A stretch of 64,000 nt of DNA, from positions 21,576,001 through 21,640,000 of the forward strand of contig NC_086386.1 in the NCBI RefSeq assembly GCF_036588685.1, in the 5' to 3' direction. Positions 1 to 14,004 of this stretch are shown in pieces; position 1 is the first letter of the stretch, and each line of letters starts with the position of its first letter. The stretch is from Mytilus trossulus. Its lineage: Eukaryota. The notes under the pieces are model-generated. The model had not been told where the DNA came from. It made no database searches and saw nothing but the letters and a program-made list of their open reading frames with translations. A program made the translations under genes and the position numbers.

Positions 1-250
1 AAAACATCATACTTTGAACGACAAAATTATTTATTTAATTAATATTACTTTTACTCATGGATCTTGTCTGCTTTTTATGATTTAAATTTGACGTGACTCT
101 GTACTTATTTATCCGGTCATACTTTGAACCACACAATTATTTTATTTATTATTATTACTTTTACTGTCAAGTCTGTTTTTTGTTATATCTGCTTTACGTG
201 ACTCTGCATTTATGTATGCCGTCATAATTTGAACGACAAAATTATTTATG
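1..250. repeat. Degenerate tandem repeat, ~105-111-bp unit, at least 2.3 copies, cut by the window edge
   Basis: CATA(C/A)TTTGAAC(G/C)ACA(A/C)AATTATTTTAT recurs at ~8, ~118 and ~223; ACGTGACTCTG recurs at ~90 and ~196. Confidence 0.75.
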
Positions 251-499
251 TGTACCTGTGCGAATTTCAAACGCGCAATTTTACACCAGCACTGAAAACC
301 TTCCATCCTTTACGGGTAGACTTTATATAGATAAAAAAAAATCGTATAAGATAAGCGCAATGAGGATGTTAAATTTGATGTATGACTATTTGTGCTTCTT
401 CGTTACATTTGTTGTTTTCAAAGTGATTAAGATGATAACACAATGTTGACTGCTGTATTCCTATTTTTGACATTTTTACTCTTTGAGGTTTTTTTTTAT

Positions 500-735
500 T
501 TTGTTCACGCATCGTTGACAATGTAATGGAATTTGATGCGACTGTCATACAAGTGAGAGGTTTAGCTAGCTATAAAACAAGGTTCAATCCACCATTTTCA
601 ACATTAGAAAATGCCTGTACCAAGAAAGGAATATGACAGTTGTTATCTATTCGTTTGATGTGTTTGGACTTTTGATTTTGGACTTTACTTTTTTAATTTT
701 CCTCAGAGTTCAGTATTTTTGTGTTTTTACTTTTT
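500..735 (+). repeat. Interspersed repeat family (other partial copies ~5715-5810, ~11605-11750, ~12200-12290, and minus strand ~50925-50970)
   Basis: The block ATGCCTGTACCAAG..GGAA.ATGACA.TTGTTAT..ATTCGTTTGAT...GAGTTC.GTATTTTTGT...TTTACTTTT is shared between the copies. Confidence 0.7.
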
Positions 736-2783
736 ACTTATACTTATAATAAATATTTTATGAAGAACTTTGTACCATCACGGATCCCACAACCTGTTGT
801 AAATTAACTGATAGAATTCAATTATCTTATAAACTTTTCAGATAATTAAAAATCGAAAATTAAGAAAGTAATACAATTTTGGTACTCCATATCCTCATTA
901 TCTTATGATCTCGATATTTAGATCATGCAAAGAAAAGCTTTTGCCAAATATGACGAGGACTTAATTATGTTAAACTATTATGAATACGACAATTTAAATT
1001 GTATATATGCAATATTTGTCAAAGTCTCGTTGAAAAATACCATAAGGAAAACCCATCAAAGTTTTCCCCACATATTGATAATGATATCAAAACTTGAATT
1101 GATTGATTGATTGATTCTTGTTTGTTTTACGCCGCATTAGCACAAAATGGCTATATCGCGGCGAGAGCTAATTCGAATATTTTTACATTTTAAAGCATAT
1201 TTAAAAATCAGACAAAAGGTACTTCAATAAACTAAAATTCTAGACTAAAGCAAATTGATTATTTACAAATAAAAATCAACAGTAAGATAAGGTGATAAAA
1301 ACTAATATCGTCTTAAATATAATAACATTTTTATATTTTATAATATACATGTATTCCAATTAATTGAATTGAACAATTAAACATATGAATCAATATCTTC
1401 AGAAAGCACATGAAATTTTGAGAACGAAAATACTCAACACCATCAAGGAAAACTATTCAATACCTAAATCTGTCCAAACAGGAATTCTAAATCAGTAACA
1501 AAGGGTGGAAAGTAATCCCATGGATGTACAGTGGAATCACTGTTACTCCTATTTTTTAAAGGTCCACAAATAATGTGAAGCTTTAATTATACCCAAGCAC
1601 ATATCTATAATTAAATGACGGATTTGTCACCTTTTGGTCGTGTAACCCCACATATTTATTTAGTATTATACGTGCATGCATATATCTTTTCGATTTGATA
1701 TTCTATTATACAAAAAATAGATACTTATCACATAATGTTAATGTGTGGCGTTGAATGGGGATTCATAAGACCTCCATTCATTTTGACCGTTTTCAGGGAG
1801 ACAATAAACGAACCTAGAACTGTCCCCCTCTTGCACATATCTCTACCCTAACGGCTCTTTAGGGTGAGTGTCAAATAATTTCCTAGGGTTCACTTGTGTC
1901 ATCAAGAGGAATCCCCTCCACTTCTGGTATCTTCGCAGTACACATAATTCAGGTTGTTTGCATTTAAAACATCTGTGAGACTGATGTTTTCAGAGGTCTG
2001 TGTAAACAGAGGGGGGTTCCAGTCCACTCTTGCACGTAGGAGGGATGTTTTGACGCTTATGTTATCATAGGCCTATTAAATAACCACACATATATATTTT
2101 GTACATATACTTGTTGTATCATTAGTAATAAATATTATATATTCTTTCTAAAATTTGTATTGTCTGTTTTTCTGCACCAGTAGTCGTCCGTTTATAAATG
2201 TTAAAATAACACGAATTTTTCTTACATTTTATTTTACGTAAAGTGATATTTGGTGCAAATACCCTGACTAATCGAAACACTTTAATGTATAGATAAAATT
2301 GATTGGCTTATTTCTAACTAGTCAAAGTTCAGAAAAATATCGGATTACAGTAGCTTTTAAAAAACATCGTCCAGTGTTGTAAGTTGCTCTTGACATAGTC
2401 TTAGATATATGTTTCATTATAAATCTCATTAGATCATAAATTAAAACTGACCTGAGATGTAGATCAAATAGGCTGAAAAGGATTTATCATGTATGTGTAT
2501 TGGGTAGTAATAAAATCAGTAATGTAAAGACATGACCCATAAACTATCAATACAATAATACAAACGTGCAAGGAAAGCAGAACTGGATTACTGTTTAAAG
2601 CTTTTTCTGAATAGTAACCAAAAAACACGGAAGAATCCTAGTATCATATCACAAGTCATGTTTAAAACCTTTTACCAATTTGTCACGTGATAAGTTCTTA
2701 TACATTTAAGGAGGGGTTGCAGTATCAAAGATCCAAATTCTCCAAAAATTTACTGATAGAAATAGACGTAATTGTAGAACGTA

Positions 2784-4226
2784 ATGTTGCTAAATTATAT
2801 GAGTATCCTTTCTGTGTTTCTCCAAGTTTTGACAGTTCACAGTCAGCAGTGCCTTCAAGGATGTAAATGTTCGTCAAAAGTAACAATATGTGCATTCACC
2901 CAAATTAGTGGAATTCCAACCAATCTTCCGACAGCAATTACAGCGTTGACAATTTCAGGCAGTGTATCTAGTCCAAATTCATTTGGGCATCTCAGTCCAT
3001 CTGCGTTTTCATTTTCAAGAATGTCCCATTTAATAATGAGGTATTGTGGAATTGATGCAATAGACGCTGGGGCATTTAGAACATTACCCGAATTGAAAAG
3101 ATTGAATTTAGAATTCAACAGAATTAAGACATTTACACAGCAGTCGTTTCAAGGATTATCAAAGTTAACATCACTCGATCTGACCGGTAACAAAAACTGT
3201 GACATTAGATCAAATGCTTTTAATGGATTGTCAACTTTATTAGATCTACGATTAGGCGAAATGGACTTGGATAGACTTGATTTAAATTTGTTTAAATCGC
3301 TGCATAGTCTTGTTACCCTTGATCTTCATGGCAATAAATTTAAAACACTTGACTGGACTGTTATATCGTCGCTGACAAATTTGAAGCATGTCGATCTTTC
3401 CGGAAATCAATTAACAACAATTCCATCTAATGTGTCGTCACTATTCACACAAATAGTGACAAAGAAGGGGAGCATACATCTTGGAAATAACCCTTGGAAA
3501 TGTAACTGGGAAATCAAATGGCTGAAAAACATGTCAGTGTCCTTCAGTTCCGTGTTCAGTATAGGAAACATTATTTGCGATTCACCTGCAAATCTTCAAT
3601 ACATTTCATTAATCAGTGTTCCTGATCCTAAACTAGAACCTATACTTCCAAAGATTTTATATTGTGACAAAACAACAGTAACAGTGAATGAAGGTTCGGC
3701 TGTATTTATAAATTGTACGATAAAAGGCGATTCAATAACTGTCAAGTGGATAAATCCGACTGGAACCCCGTTCTCGTCTTCCTCTTTACAACAAAATGGG
3801 CATAACGTGGACGTGAACGGTAGTTTGTATATTGCGGGCACTTCTTCAGCCGACCGTGGCAACTGGACGTTATCGGTATCATCGAAGTTCGGGGAAGATG
3901 AAAGGACTGTTGATATGAATGTTATTTTATCAACTACAACGACGACGACGACGACAACAACAACAACAACAACCACGCCGACACTAACAACAATCAAAAC
4001 AACGATGAAGCAGACGACGTCGATTGTAACAACAACTATACCAACAGTAACGTCTACGGTTTTAACAACCAAAACGACACCAAAAAGGGCAACGTACGCC
4101 GTCAAGGTTCAAGATGTTTCGACAGATTTTACTTTCAAATGGAATTCTGCCCCTCAAATTACAGGAAGCGTAGGATACTTAGTCTTAGTTGTATGTGCAG
4201 CAATTGCATGCCAGATTTTTGTGTAA
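2784..4226 (+). CDS. LRR-Ig cell-surface protein, 480 aa: signal peptide, LRRNT, ~6 LRRs, LRRCT, one Ig domain, Thr-rich stalk, probable GPI-anchor signal; intronless CDS
   Basis: Hydrophobic N-terminus; CxxxCxC LRRNT; LxxLxLxxN repeats; GNNPWKCNW...C LRRCT; Ig-like INCTIKG..VKW..GSLYI..DRGNWT; poly-Thr tract; ends WNSA + spacer + YLVLVVCAAIACQIFV with no cytoplasmic tail. Confidence 0.93.
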   Translation: MLLNYMSILSVFLQVLTVHSQQCLQGCKCSSKVTICAFTQISGIPTNLPTAITALTISGSVSSPNSFGHLSPSAFSFSRMSHLIMRYCGIDAIDAGAFRTLPELKRLNLEFNRIKTFTQQSFQGLSKLTSLDLTGNKNCDIRSNAFNGLSTLLDLRLGEMDLDRLDLNLFKSLHSLVTLDLHGNKFKTLDWTVISSLTNLKHVDLSGNQLTTIPSNVSSLFTQIVTKKGSIHLGNNPWKCNWEIKWLKNMSVSFSSVFSIGNIICDSPANLQYISLISVPDPKLEPILPKILYCDKTTVTVNEGSAVFINCTIKGDSITVKWINPTGTPFSSSSLQQNGHNVDVNGSLYIAGTSSADRGNWTLSVSSKFGEDERTVDMNVILSTTTTTTTTTTTTTTTPTLTTIKTTMKQTTSIVTTTIPTVTSTVLTTKTTPKRATYAVKVQDVSTDFTFKWNSAPQITGSVGYLVLVVCAAIACQIFV

Positions 4227-4607
4227 TAAAGAATGAAGATTACTAAATTTGCCTTCCCCGGGAAGATAGATATATGATTTACTATTGTTTATTGCATTGA
4301 TTTAATAATTCTACTTAGCGGAATTGAAAATTAAAGATTCTTTGCATAGATTCATATCTATATTTAATGAAAACAAACAATGATTTTGTAAAAAAAAAAT
4401 TACTTGTAATTTTCATATTGTAAACAGAGTCATGAGAGTGTAATATATAAATACTAAATTTGTGTTGTTTTATGGGAAATAAATCTATTCAAATATTAGT
4501 TCTTGCGACTATGCAGAAAACTCTAAGCGTTAATTTAATATTTGTTCTAATACTCAAATTGCACACTGTTATAAATTATTGTTTGGCGTACATGAAACCA
4601 GTTTAAC

Positions 4608-4852
4608 TTAGACACCATTTGCGAGTATGGTCTTGAGGAAACGATGAAAGTCCGTCGGAAGGGGACGATAAATGACTGACCCGTGTAAAGAGAGAGCCAT
4701 ATTTCTTGCACGTTAAAGACACCCTTGTAGATTTCGAAAAAGAGTAGGCTAATGGCGCTACAAGGCAGAACTCGCACCTTCAAAGTGGAAAGGGGTTAAT
4801 ATAAGTTGCAAAACTTGTTTCCCAATCCACTTTAAATAATTATGTTTAAACT
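4608..4852 (+). mobile_element. Probable 5'-truncated SINE with a Deu/Nin-like central domain
   Basis: GTCGGAAGGGGACGATAAA...CCCGTGT...GCACGTTAAAGACACCCTTG..TTTCG..AGAGTAGG resembles the Deu/Nin SINE core as I recall it; AT-rich tail; no tRNA head seen. Confidence 0.45.
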
Positions 4853-5220
4853 AACTTAAAGAACAGCGATTGTTGTGACAGTCTTATTATGCCCAACCTA
4901 GTGGAATTGAGTTTTGCAGACTGTGCGTCCATTCGTTCATCGTACCGTTTGTTCACGAAGGAAGTCTTTAATGAAGTTGGCGTCCTATCAACTTGAAACT
5001 TAGTAAACATGTTCCCAATGATATGATCTTTCTAAATTTTACGCAAAATTAGAGTATGACCCGCATTTCAAGATCCAATGAACATAGAAAATGATATTGC
5101 AGGTGGGGAATCCGTGGTCTATTGACACCTTCATGTTATAAGAATGTAATGGAGTTATGATCCAAACTAAACACCTACACAATCTTTAAACTGAAATACT
5201 GTACCAATGCAGGAATATGA

Positions 5221-5420
5221 CAGCAGCGCTTGCATACGGAATTTATATCTTCTAATTGATACGATATTCCCGCGCTTGTATTTCCTATGATTTCCTTGAT
5301 ATAGAGTTGCAGCTCACTAGACAGCTATTAAACTAAGTGTTCCAAAAGGTGAAGTTGAAATCATCCCTTCGTAAATTTTACGGACGACATAACGAGTTGG
5401 TTAACCGTTTCACAGATTGT
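5221..5420 (+). mobile_element. Degenerate Penelope-like retroelement fragment (region C-terminal to the RT)
   Basis: With frameshifts and stops it translates to AALAYG...LIRYSRAC...LL..KVKLKSSLRKFYGRHNELV, matching the PAYGVYISQLIRYxRAC-type motif of PLE proteins. Confidence 0.55.
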
Positions 5421-8400
5421 GTCGGATATTTTTACGTCGTAACTACAATCCCCTTCCCTTGACATGAACTTAACCTACTAATTAGACTATTTATTGGGTT
5501 TGTCATAACATTAGCAATTCGACGGTTGCCACTTGTAGAGCAGGATCTGCTTACCCGTCCGGAGCACCTGAGATCCCCCAGTATTTGGCGGGGTTAGTGT
5601 TGCTCAGTTTTTTATGTTGTTTCTTGTGTTCTATCATTTTTAGCCGTGTGGTTGTCAGTTTTATTTCGAATTAATCGTTTGACTGTTTCTCTGATATCTT
5701 TCGCACCTCTTTTGTATCCATTCGTTTGAGCTTTTGATTTTGCAATTTGATTTGGGACTTACCGTTTTGAATTTTCAGCGGAGTTCAGTATTTTTGTGAT
5801 TTTACTTTTCACCTATGTTTACATATAACACTTATCATGCTTATCCAAACTTATATCCTAAAGTATGTCAGTACCAGTTATAACTCCAGCTGAACGATTC
5901 GAGAAGAGAAATTACAACACACGTGAGGCTTTTTTAAGCATTGTGAATGTATGAATAAAAAGTCAACGAAATAACATTATTTTTTTTTAATAGTAATAAA
6001 ATCCTATTAAGGTAGATAGAGGTTCTGAATAAATATATAATTTATGATAATTTGTTAAAATGTTGTTTTACTCTCCTTCATTAAGGTTACATAAATTGTG
6101 TAGCTTATACGACACATACATATGTTTCATGTAGTAATATGACAATCCTTTTCTTTTATAAGAGCATTTTCGCATTAATGTTGAAGGCCATACAGTAATT
6201 TTTAATTGCTTATATCCATTTAATTAAAACTCTGGATGATGGTTGTCAATTTGGCAATCATACCTCATCTTCGACTTTCTTTAATTTAGAAAAGTTTGTT
6301 AATAGATGTTTATAATAAAGGAGATTTTATATTCTTAAATCTACGCCTAGGTGTTTGAAGTAGTATGTAAGTGACTGGGCATATATGATATTTTGTTGAA
6401 TTAAGTTCAAAATATTCATTTAAATCATTTAAACTGTAAATCAGGAAATACATTAACATATAGAGATCTAACAAATCGACATTTTTATATGCATAAAGCT
6501 TTTCACCTGATATTGTGTTTAAAGATAAAACATTGTCCCTTTGAGTTGATTCGTTATATATTAACTATATTAAGTTAAGTTATCGGTATTCATTATTTAA
6601 TTTTAAATAAGTCATTAAAATGCCTTTTTCAGATATATTTAAAATGTCCTTTCACTCAATAAGTCCTTTTAAGTCTCGTCTATTTTGAGTCTATACGATG
6701 TCTTCTTCCTTAAACTGGCACAGATTGACGACTGTTTACATGTAGCTTTGGTCCAAATGATTTAAGTTTTGCTTCTGTCTGCACCGCATTCTTGAATGTA
6801 AAGTATCTAAATTGATTTGAAATGCCCTAAATAAATACGCATTGCCCAAACCCGTTAATAAAAATCACCATCAAAATTAATGATATCGTTATCTTTAATA
6901 ATTTCCGTTAATTATTAAATTGAGAAGTTGTGATAGAATAAGGTTTAGTCTACTTCGGGCAGAGTTGATCTCGTTATTAATGTAAGGTCTCTATGGTCAT
7001 ACATAGTTGGTTCTTTGCAAATGTTGGGTTCTAGCGTTCCTCAAAATCCTAAAAGCCCTGTCCATACACCAAAATATTTAAGTGTTATTTTAATATATAA
7101 CAATTAAATTTCAAGTAACTAAATAGTAAACGATCGTCCTAACACACTGGTATCTTTGTTTCTCCATTTCCTACATAAATATTATTATTGAAATTATCTC
7201 ATGGTCATATCGAAAGAAAGCTAACAGCAAATATGATGAATTATTCCTGTCATAGAGGCCGTCCAGGATTAGGGTCAGAGAAATTAATACTGCCATATGA
7301 AACCATGGATATATTGGAAAGGGTCATAAACTTGTTCCTTGTAAAAGGCTACCTACTCATCCCTCATTGAGCTATTGCAAGAATTGTCAACGTTGCAAAG
7401 TGCGTGGCTTTTACATCCCGCGAAGCCAAACGAATACGGCAATTTGGAACATGTTTTACTTCTGGTTGGAAGACATCTCCGTGACCATACTTCTATTCCC
7501 TGGTATATTTTTGGAAACTTAAAATTGACTTTCAGTAGTTATTACAGTTTGTTCAAAGTGTTTTCTCCCAAGTATACCCACGCAATTACAAACCCAAACA
7601 GTTGCTCTGTCTGTTTATCTCTCTTAGCAATTGAGTCAATGAGACATGGGGTGTAATTCTGTGCATATATATAATCTCCTATGTGACTTTTTTTCTCTCT
7701 TTTGAAAATATGTTTCTCTTGAAAAAAACTTGGAATGACAATCCTATTGGAAAAACAAATCGGCTATTAAGAAACAAAACAAGCCACAAAAATACTTGCC
7801 GACAGCTTTGCAACCATTTTGTGCCCTAAATAGCATCAAATAAGTCAGCTGACAAGAATTTCGAAAAAAAAGAACTTTTCTCCTAAACCGTGGATTTTTT
7901 CGGTAACATGCTTGATACTATAAACTAATATATCGTCTCGACATGACATTCGGTAATGATGTAACTAAGGTACTTTAAATAACATAGATTGATAGGACAA
8001 CTGATCTGTATTATATCATATGTTACAAACGAATTCCCAAATAACCAGCACATTTTCCCCTCAAATAATTCATGGCATATGTATCTACCGGAATAAAAAA
8101 AAACATCCACCGACAAATTGAGAAGGCCAAAAAAGTTTGTTTTATTCTTTGTGGTAAAACAAAAAACTGAATTACATATCAAGTGTAGGTGTTGTACATA
8201 ACTTATCTATGCCGAATAGAGTTCACTAGATCCATGAGATCCGATCAATGGATGTCCGTAATCGCAAAAGCCTATTACACAATTGGTAGCAATACAATAA
8301 GCTTACGTGTTCTTCAATTTCAACTGATTATAGTTTATGTGAAAGCTAAAACTCATTAAAAGAGTCATGCATTTGTTTTGGTTGTGAATATTAAGACTCG

Positions 8401-11400
8401 GCATCGACTAAGGGGGTACAACAAAGAATGTTAATAACATAATATATTCCTCTGCATTAAAAGGACTTACAGTATGCATCTTTTGTATTGTCTTATATTT
8501 CCTTTAAATCACGCATATCGAACATAACTCAATATTTAATTGACAAATTGTGAAATTAGACTTCAAATTCATGAAATAACAGGCATTGAATAAGTTAAAA
8601 GGTCTTTTAGTTTAAGTCTTATTTAGTAAGATATAATTGTAATATTACGAAAAGACATGAAACGTGCATTAAAAATGATTTATATGTGCGCACGTGCATG
8701 ATAGAATGGTTCATTTTAGTTAAAAAAAACTTTATAAAAAGAAACATTTACAATGTATATGTTATGTTTTCTTTTATATTAAACATTTATTATTTATTCA
8801 AAATTATATTTTCCAGAATGATTTGTTAATAAACCATTATAAGATTCTCTGGGGGGGGGGGGGGGGGTACAAATGATTAAACCTATATATGCAAGTTTGC
8901 TGACTTCATTTAAAAATATTAATATTGGTTATTACTGTCTCTTTTAATTAATTTGTTGTTATTGAAAGAAAGCAATCTTTATTAACGAATAAATTTAATT
9001 CTTTACTCAGGAGGGATTGTCAGACCCTCTGTGTTTTTTTCGCTCCCGAGTTTAAATTTCTGATGGTTGTTAAAAAAATTGTGCCAGAAATGTCACAACA
9101 GAATCCGGATAAATGGGAAAATCGAATTACAAAAATATAAATAAAAGATCAGATAAACAGGATTGAGTGTATTATACGTTGGTCATTATGTCTGATAAAG
9201 CTGTCACCTGGCTACCATAAAATTTTACTCAATAATGCAATATAAAGTCAAATAGGTCATTTGTGAATTGAGAAATTAGTAAAGAAATTTTGTCATAATT
9301 TAATTAGAAATGATGAAAAATAAGTAATTTATTAAAGTGATTGGCCGTCATATTTATTCATATCAGATATTTTATATAGAAAAGCTATTCTTAATTTTCA
9401 ATGACGTGTGTTTCGAATTGAACGTGACAACTTAATGCTAAAAATATTATAGTATACTCAAAAGTTAAAGAAATATATTACTAACTTCTAGTTTATTTTT
9501 ACAGTTTTCACATTTAGATTCAGATCTAATTTTATTCAAAATAAGAAGGCGTCAATGCAAGTTCCTGCAATTGAGATGTATATATTTTTTATTGTTAACA
9601 ATGACAATATTGATGGTATATGCTTCTTTGTTGAATGTAGAGGATATTTTTAACTCTGCTACTGAATTTATACAAAGTCGTGTCCAATTGTAATTAATCA
9701 CCACCTACTATCCATGATGTTTCTATTTATGACCCTTTGCCATTCATACATAATCCGTCATGTGCATACCACCTTCAAAACTTATTTCTCTTTACAACTA
9801 ATGTTTGCGAACCACTGTCACAAATCATCATTCCAACCAATAGAAACAAGTAAAATGAAAATAGCGTACAGCAGTTAACATTGTGTGTTCATCTTAATCT
9901 CTATAAAAACAAGCAGGTATGTCAAAAAAATCAACAAAAATGCATTAAAACAAACCACATCAGCAAAATCAAAAGACTCGAATACAAAATTTTCCCGTCG
10001 AACAATTAATGACAGAATGCATAATGAAGAGAGCCACGTCAAATTGATATCGCCAAACATAGATTAAACAGTAAAAAGTATAATTTACAAAGATGAGTAA
10101 AAGAATACTATAACACGTTATCATCCCTTTGTAAATTCTTCAGACGCCATCACGAGTTCATTGACCGTTATGTAATAACCGTTTCACAAATAAAATCGGA
10201 TATACTCTTTATGTTGTAACTACAATACCCTTCCCTTTTCACGAATGTGACCTGCCAATTATTTACCGAATTTGTAATAACATAAGCAACACGATGGCTC
10301 TGTACTCCGGATCATCTAGAACCCCCAGATTTTGGTGGGGTTTGTGTTGCTTAGTCTTTAGTTTTCTATGTTGTGTCTTCTGTACTATTATTTGTCTGTT
10401 TGTCTTTTTTTCAGCCATGGCGTTGTCAGTTTATGTTCAATCTATGAGTTTGACTTTCCCTCTGCTAATTCGTCCCTATTTTATTAAGAAGATAAACAAA
10501 GTCAATACCTTGATCTAAATTTCAAGACCATTGTGATCATTTGTGCAGTTAATACAGAATATTTATCAACAAGGTCTTGGTATTTATCTGATAAATTCTC
10601 TTAGAAAAAGGACGAGACGTTTTTACCATACACCTGGTTCATCAACTGTCTGCTCAGACACTAGTGACGTTTTACAAAGTGTGAATAGCAGCTGAAAGTT
10701 CATGAAAACCGAATGAGTTTGGAACTGTTTATACTATATGCCGGTGGAGTTGGTGGGGGAAATCGAAGTTCCGCCTCTTATTTAATTCTGTTGACCACGT
10801 TATTATCTGTGAAATCTGTTTTCAAAACATCACTTATTGGAAACACAGTTTCAAAATACTGATGAATTCAGTCGCGGATTATGCCAGTCATAACGTGCAT
10901 AATGCCCAAAATAATGAATTACTGCAGTAAGGTCATTGATAAATTATTAGAATTAAAGTCTATGTATACACATGCTTCATCGATCTTTATACCCAAATGT
11001 TGCTGAGCTCTTGTTCTACTTCAATAACAAATATTTTAATATATCCGCATTTTAAAAACCCCAAACAATATCGTTTTTGTGTGAAAATCTCATTGCATCA
11101 ACTGTTTAATAATGAATGAGGTATTGACACTTCACATAAGAACTCAACATATACCCCACCACACTTACGAACGAAGAAATCAATAATAAGAAATCTCTTT
11201 CTTAATTATCAGAATCAATTTTATCACAAATCAAAGTTGGGCATAGAAGTTAATTTAAAAGTTGTCTACTCTATGGGCCGTGTGAATCAGATGTGAAAAC
11301 CTAAAATTTGTATTTCGTTGAACATTTGAGTTCGTGGTTCTCCTGTACCCAAGAAATCTACGAAAATTGGTATCCAACGAATATTAATGAATCCACAGTA

Positions 11401-14004
11401 TACAAGAAAGCTATTACACCAGGGTTCAAAGTCGTGAAGTTGATGGTATGCCTCCAAAACCTTTGCAAATGGCAACTGTTTACTCTTTTTGTTTTGCCGT
11501 TAAGGAATAATTGCAGTAACCATAATTCCGTCTGTTCGGTCATATTTCTGTCCACGTCACTTTGGTCAGCTCTTAATAAAATTGTACATCACAACTTTTC
11601 TACATACGAGAATGCCTGTACCAAGTCAGGAAAATGACATTTGTTATTCATTCGTTTGATATGTTTCAGCTTTTGATATAGTTTTTTGATTAGGGACTTT
11701 CCGTTTTGAATTTTCCTCGGAGTTCGGTATTTTTGTTATTTTACTTTTGTGTGTGACACCATATACGTTGATTCTAATAACCATATATATCATCGAAGTC
11801 ATAATGAATGAACTAATGTTAATAAGTTTGACCCGAACTTATCAAGTAATCTTTTGATTTGCTGGTGCAACAAAGAAAACACTTCTTTTATCATGCAAAA
11901 TACAAACGTACAACAATCATCTAGTTGTCTGCATATTGATATTGTAACATTTAATAAAATATCAATGTGCAGACCCCCTGATAATCAGAAGATATTTTTC
12001 CTCGTATCAATCCGTCTTCACCGAATTATACTTTATCAACGAATTTGTAATTAAATTAAATTATAATTAAAACGACGGATGCACCATGTTACCAATCCGA
12101 TCAGTGTGTGATGGAGTACGTTCTGCTCAGCGGAGGCTGTTGTTTGTCTTATGCTCGTTGTTTTTAATTGCTATTGCATTTACAATTTGTTTTGTTTCGA
12201 TTGATGTGTTTGAGCTTTGGATTTTGCCATTTGATTATGGACTTTATGAAGTTTCCTTGGAGTGCAGTATTTTTGTGATTTTACTTTTCATTATGAAAGA
12301 CTATTTTGATGTAGTGTTGTACATTTTGGTTCTTTTGGTGCACATCTAAATTTATAGTAATTAATTTGAAAATTAAAATTGTTAACCTTAAGAAAAGTGA
12401 TAACTTTAGCTGCCCAGTGAACCTTTGGCATGTCCCTCTTATTATAATTTTTGCCAAATACTGAAAATGTGCCAAGCCTTTATACTTAAGCTCGGCATCA
12501 ATATGCATTCATATGTCTTTTTTTTAAAGAAAGCACGACATTATAACATTATAACTTTAGACCAAACTAATACATATACAATATTGGTTAATGTCAGGAA
12601 AATATCATTTGTTTTTGTATGAGGCTAAGAAAGTGGGGAAGGGCGAGGTTCTACCATGTTGTTAACCAGTTTTGCGCCGAGTACAAAAAAGTTGATATTT
12701 TTCGGACATTGAACTAATATTGTTTTTATACTGCAACTTAAATTAATACATTGCTAGCTTTTTTAATCGAAACACAAATGTCAAACTTATTGTCATCCCT
12801 GATTGAGGAGAAAGTGTTCCATGATGAAATTTACATGATACCAAATATAGCTTTGTTACTATAATTAGGAAATAAACACAACTAGTTGCAGTATAAATAC
12901 CAATGCTCATTTTTTTTGTAAATATTAAGCTGACTGTGAAAACAATAAGTGAAACTTGGCTCTGCTTTCTTTTCGATGTCAATAAAATCATGACAGGATT
13001 TATATGTATTATAAAAACAATCAAAATGTTAAGTGACCTTTTTTTAATTGTTAAACAAGAAACCCAACAATAAACAAGAATCAATATGTATATTTTATAT
13101 CAAGTATAGCAACGAAAGATTCTTTCCTTCGAAAAAATTCCAGATAAATTCAAATAATCAAATAAGAAAAGAAAATAAGCAATTCTCGTTTGTAAAGTTA
13201 AAACAATAAATAAAAGGCAATACTTTCAGAAATATGTATGCTAACTTTGGTCTCTTTCTTTCTCTCTCTTAATATCTTTTTTTCGATCCCCCTCTACATT
13301 GATCGTGGTATTCCCTTTACATACGAAACATGCGAAATGAACTAATTAAATCGATAATAAATGATATGAGTGTTCAAAACTATGACATCAACCTCCTATG
13401 CATTATTTGATTGTGTTTCTGATGTTATGCCAAACACAGAAATTACTTGCTTTTATATTACCAATTAGAAATTGTCTATCAATTAAACATCTGGAAATAA
13501 ACTTGAATAAAATATCGATTGATCTTTCAACTTTGTGTTTCCTCAACTTTTGAATCATAAGGGTTTTCAAAGGTGCTATAGTTATGTTGGTAAAATTTCG
13601 GACATCTATAATTGTAAAGACGGGTTGATATTTAAAAATAAAATTTTGGGATCATTTTTGCACTTGGTCCAGGGACGTGGTCTAAGTAAAAATACTAATG
13701 CAACGCACAAAAGTGACGAAGTAGTTATCTGATGGCATAATTGATTTTATAATAACTGAAACTAACATTTCCGTCGACATTTTGTTTTTAATTTTGTTTT
13801 AATTGAGATGAGCTTTTTTACACAATTTGCCGTACTCAAAACAATAGCTAATAGATAGACCAAACTCTGAAGTCTTATAGAAAGACACACAATTTAGACG
13901 CCATTCGATTTATATCATACGTAATGCAATGGCAATGATAATGATAAATGAATAATGCAAACTGAGCTGCTAGTCTCTCAACTTTACGATAATCAGGAGA
14001 AAAC

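Noticed and set aside
1641-2210. Possible solo LTR (TGT...ACA with an internal AATAAA)
   Set aside because: No target-site duplication, PBS or second copy could be seen, so it is unsupported.
3596-4105. Val-rich antisense ORFs (also 14240-14767, 2855-3118, 15242-15508)
   Set aside because: These are shadows of the Thr-rich LRR-Ig coding strands.
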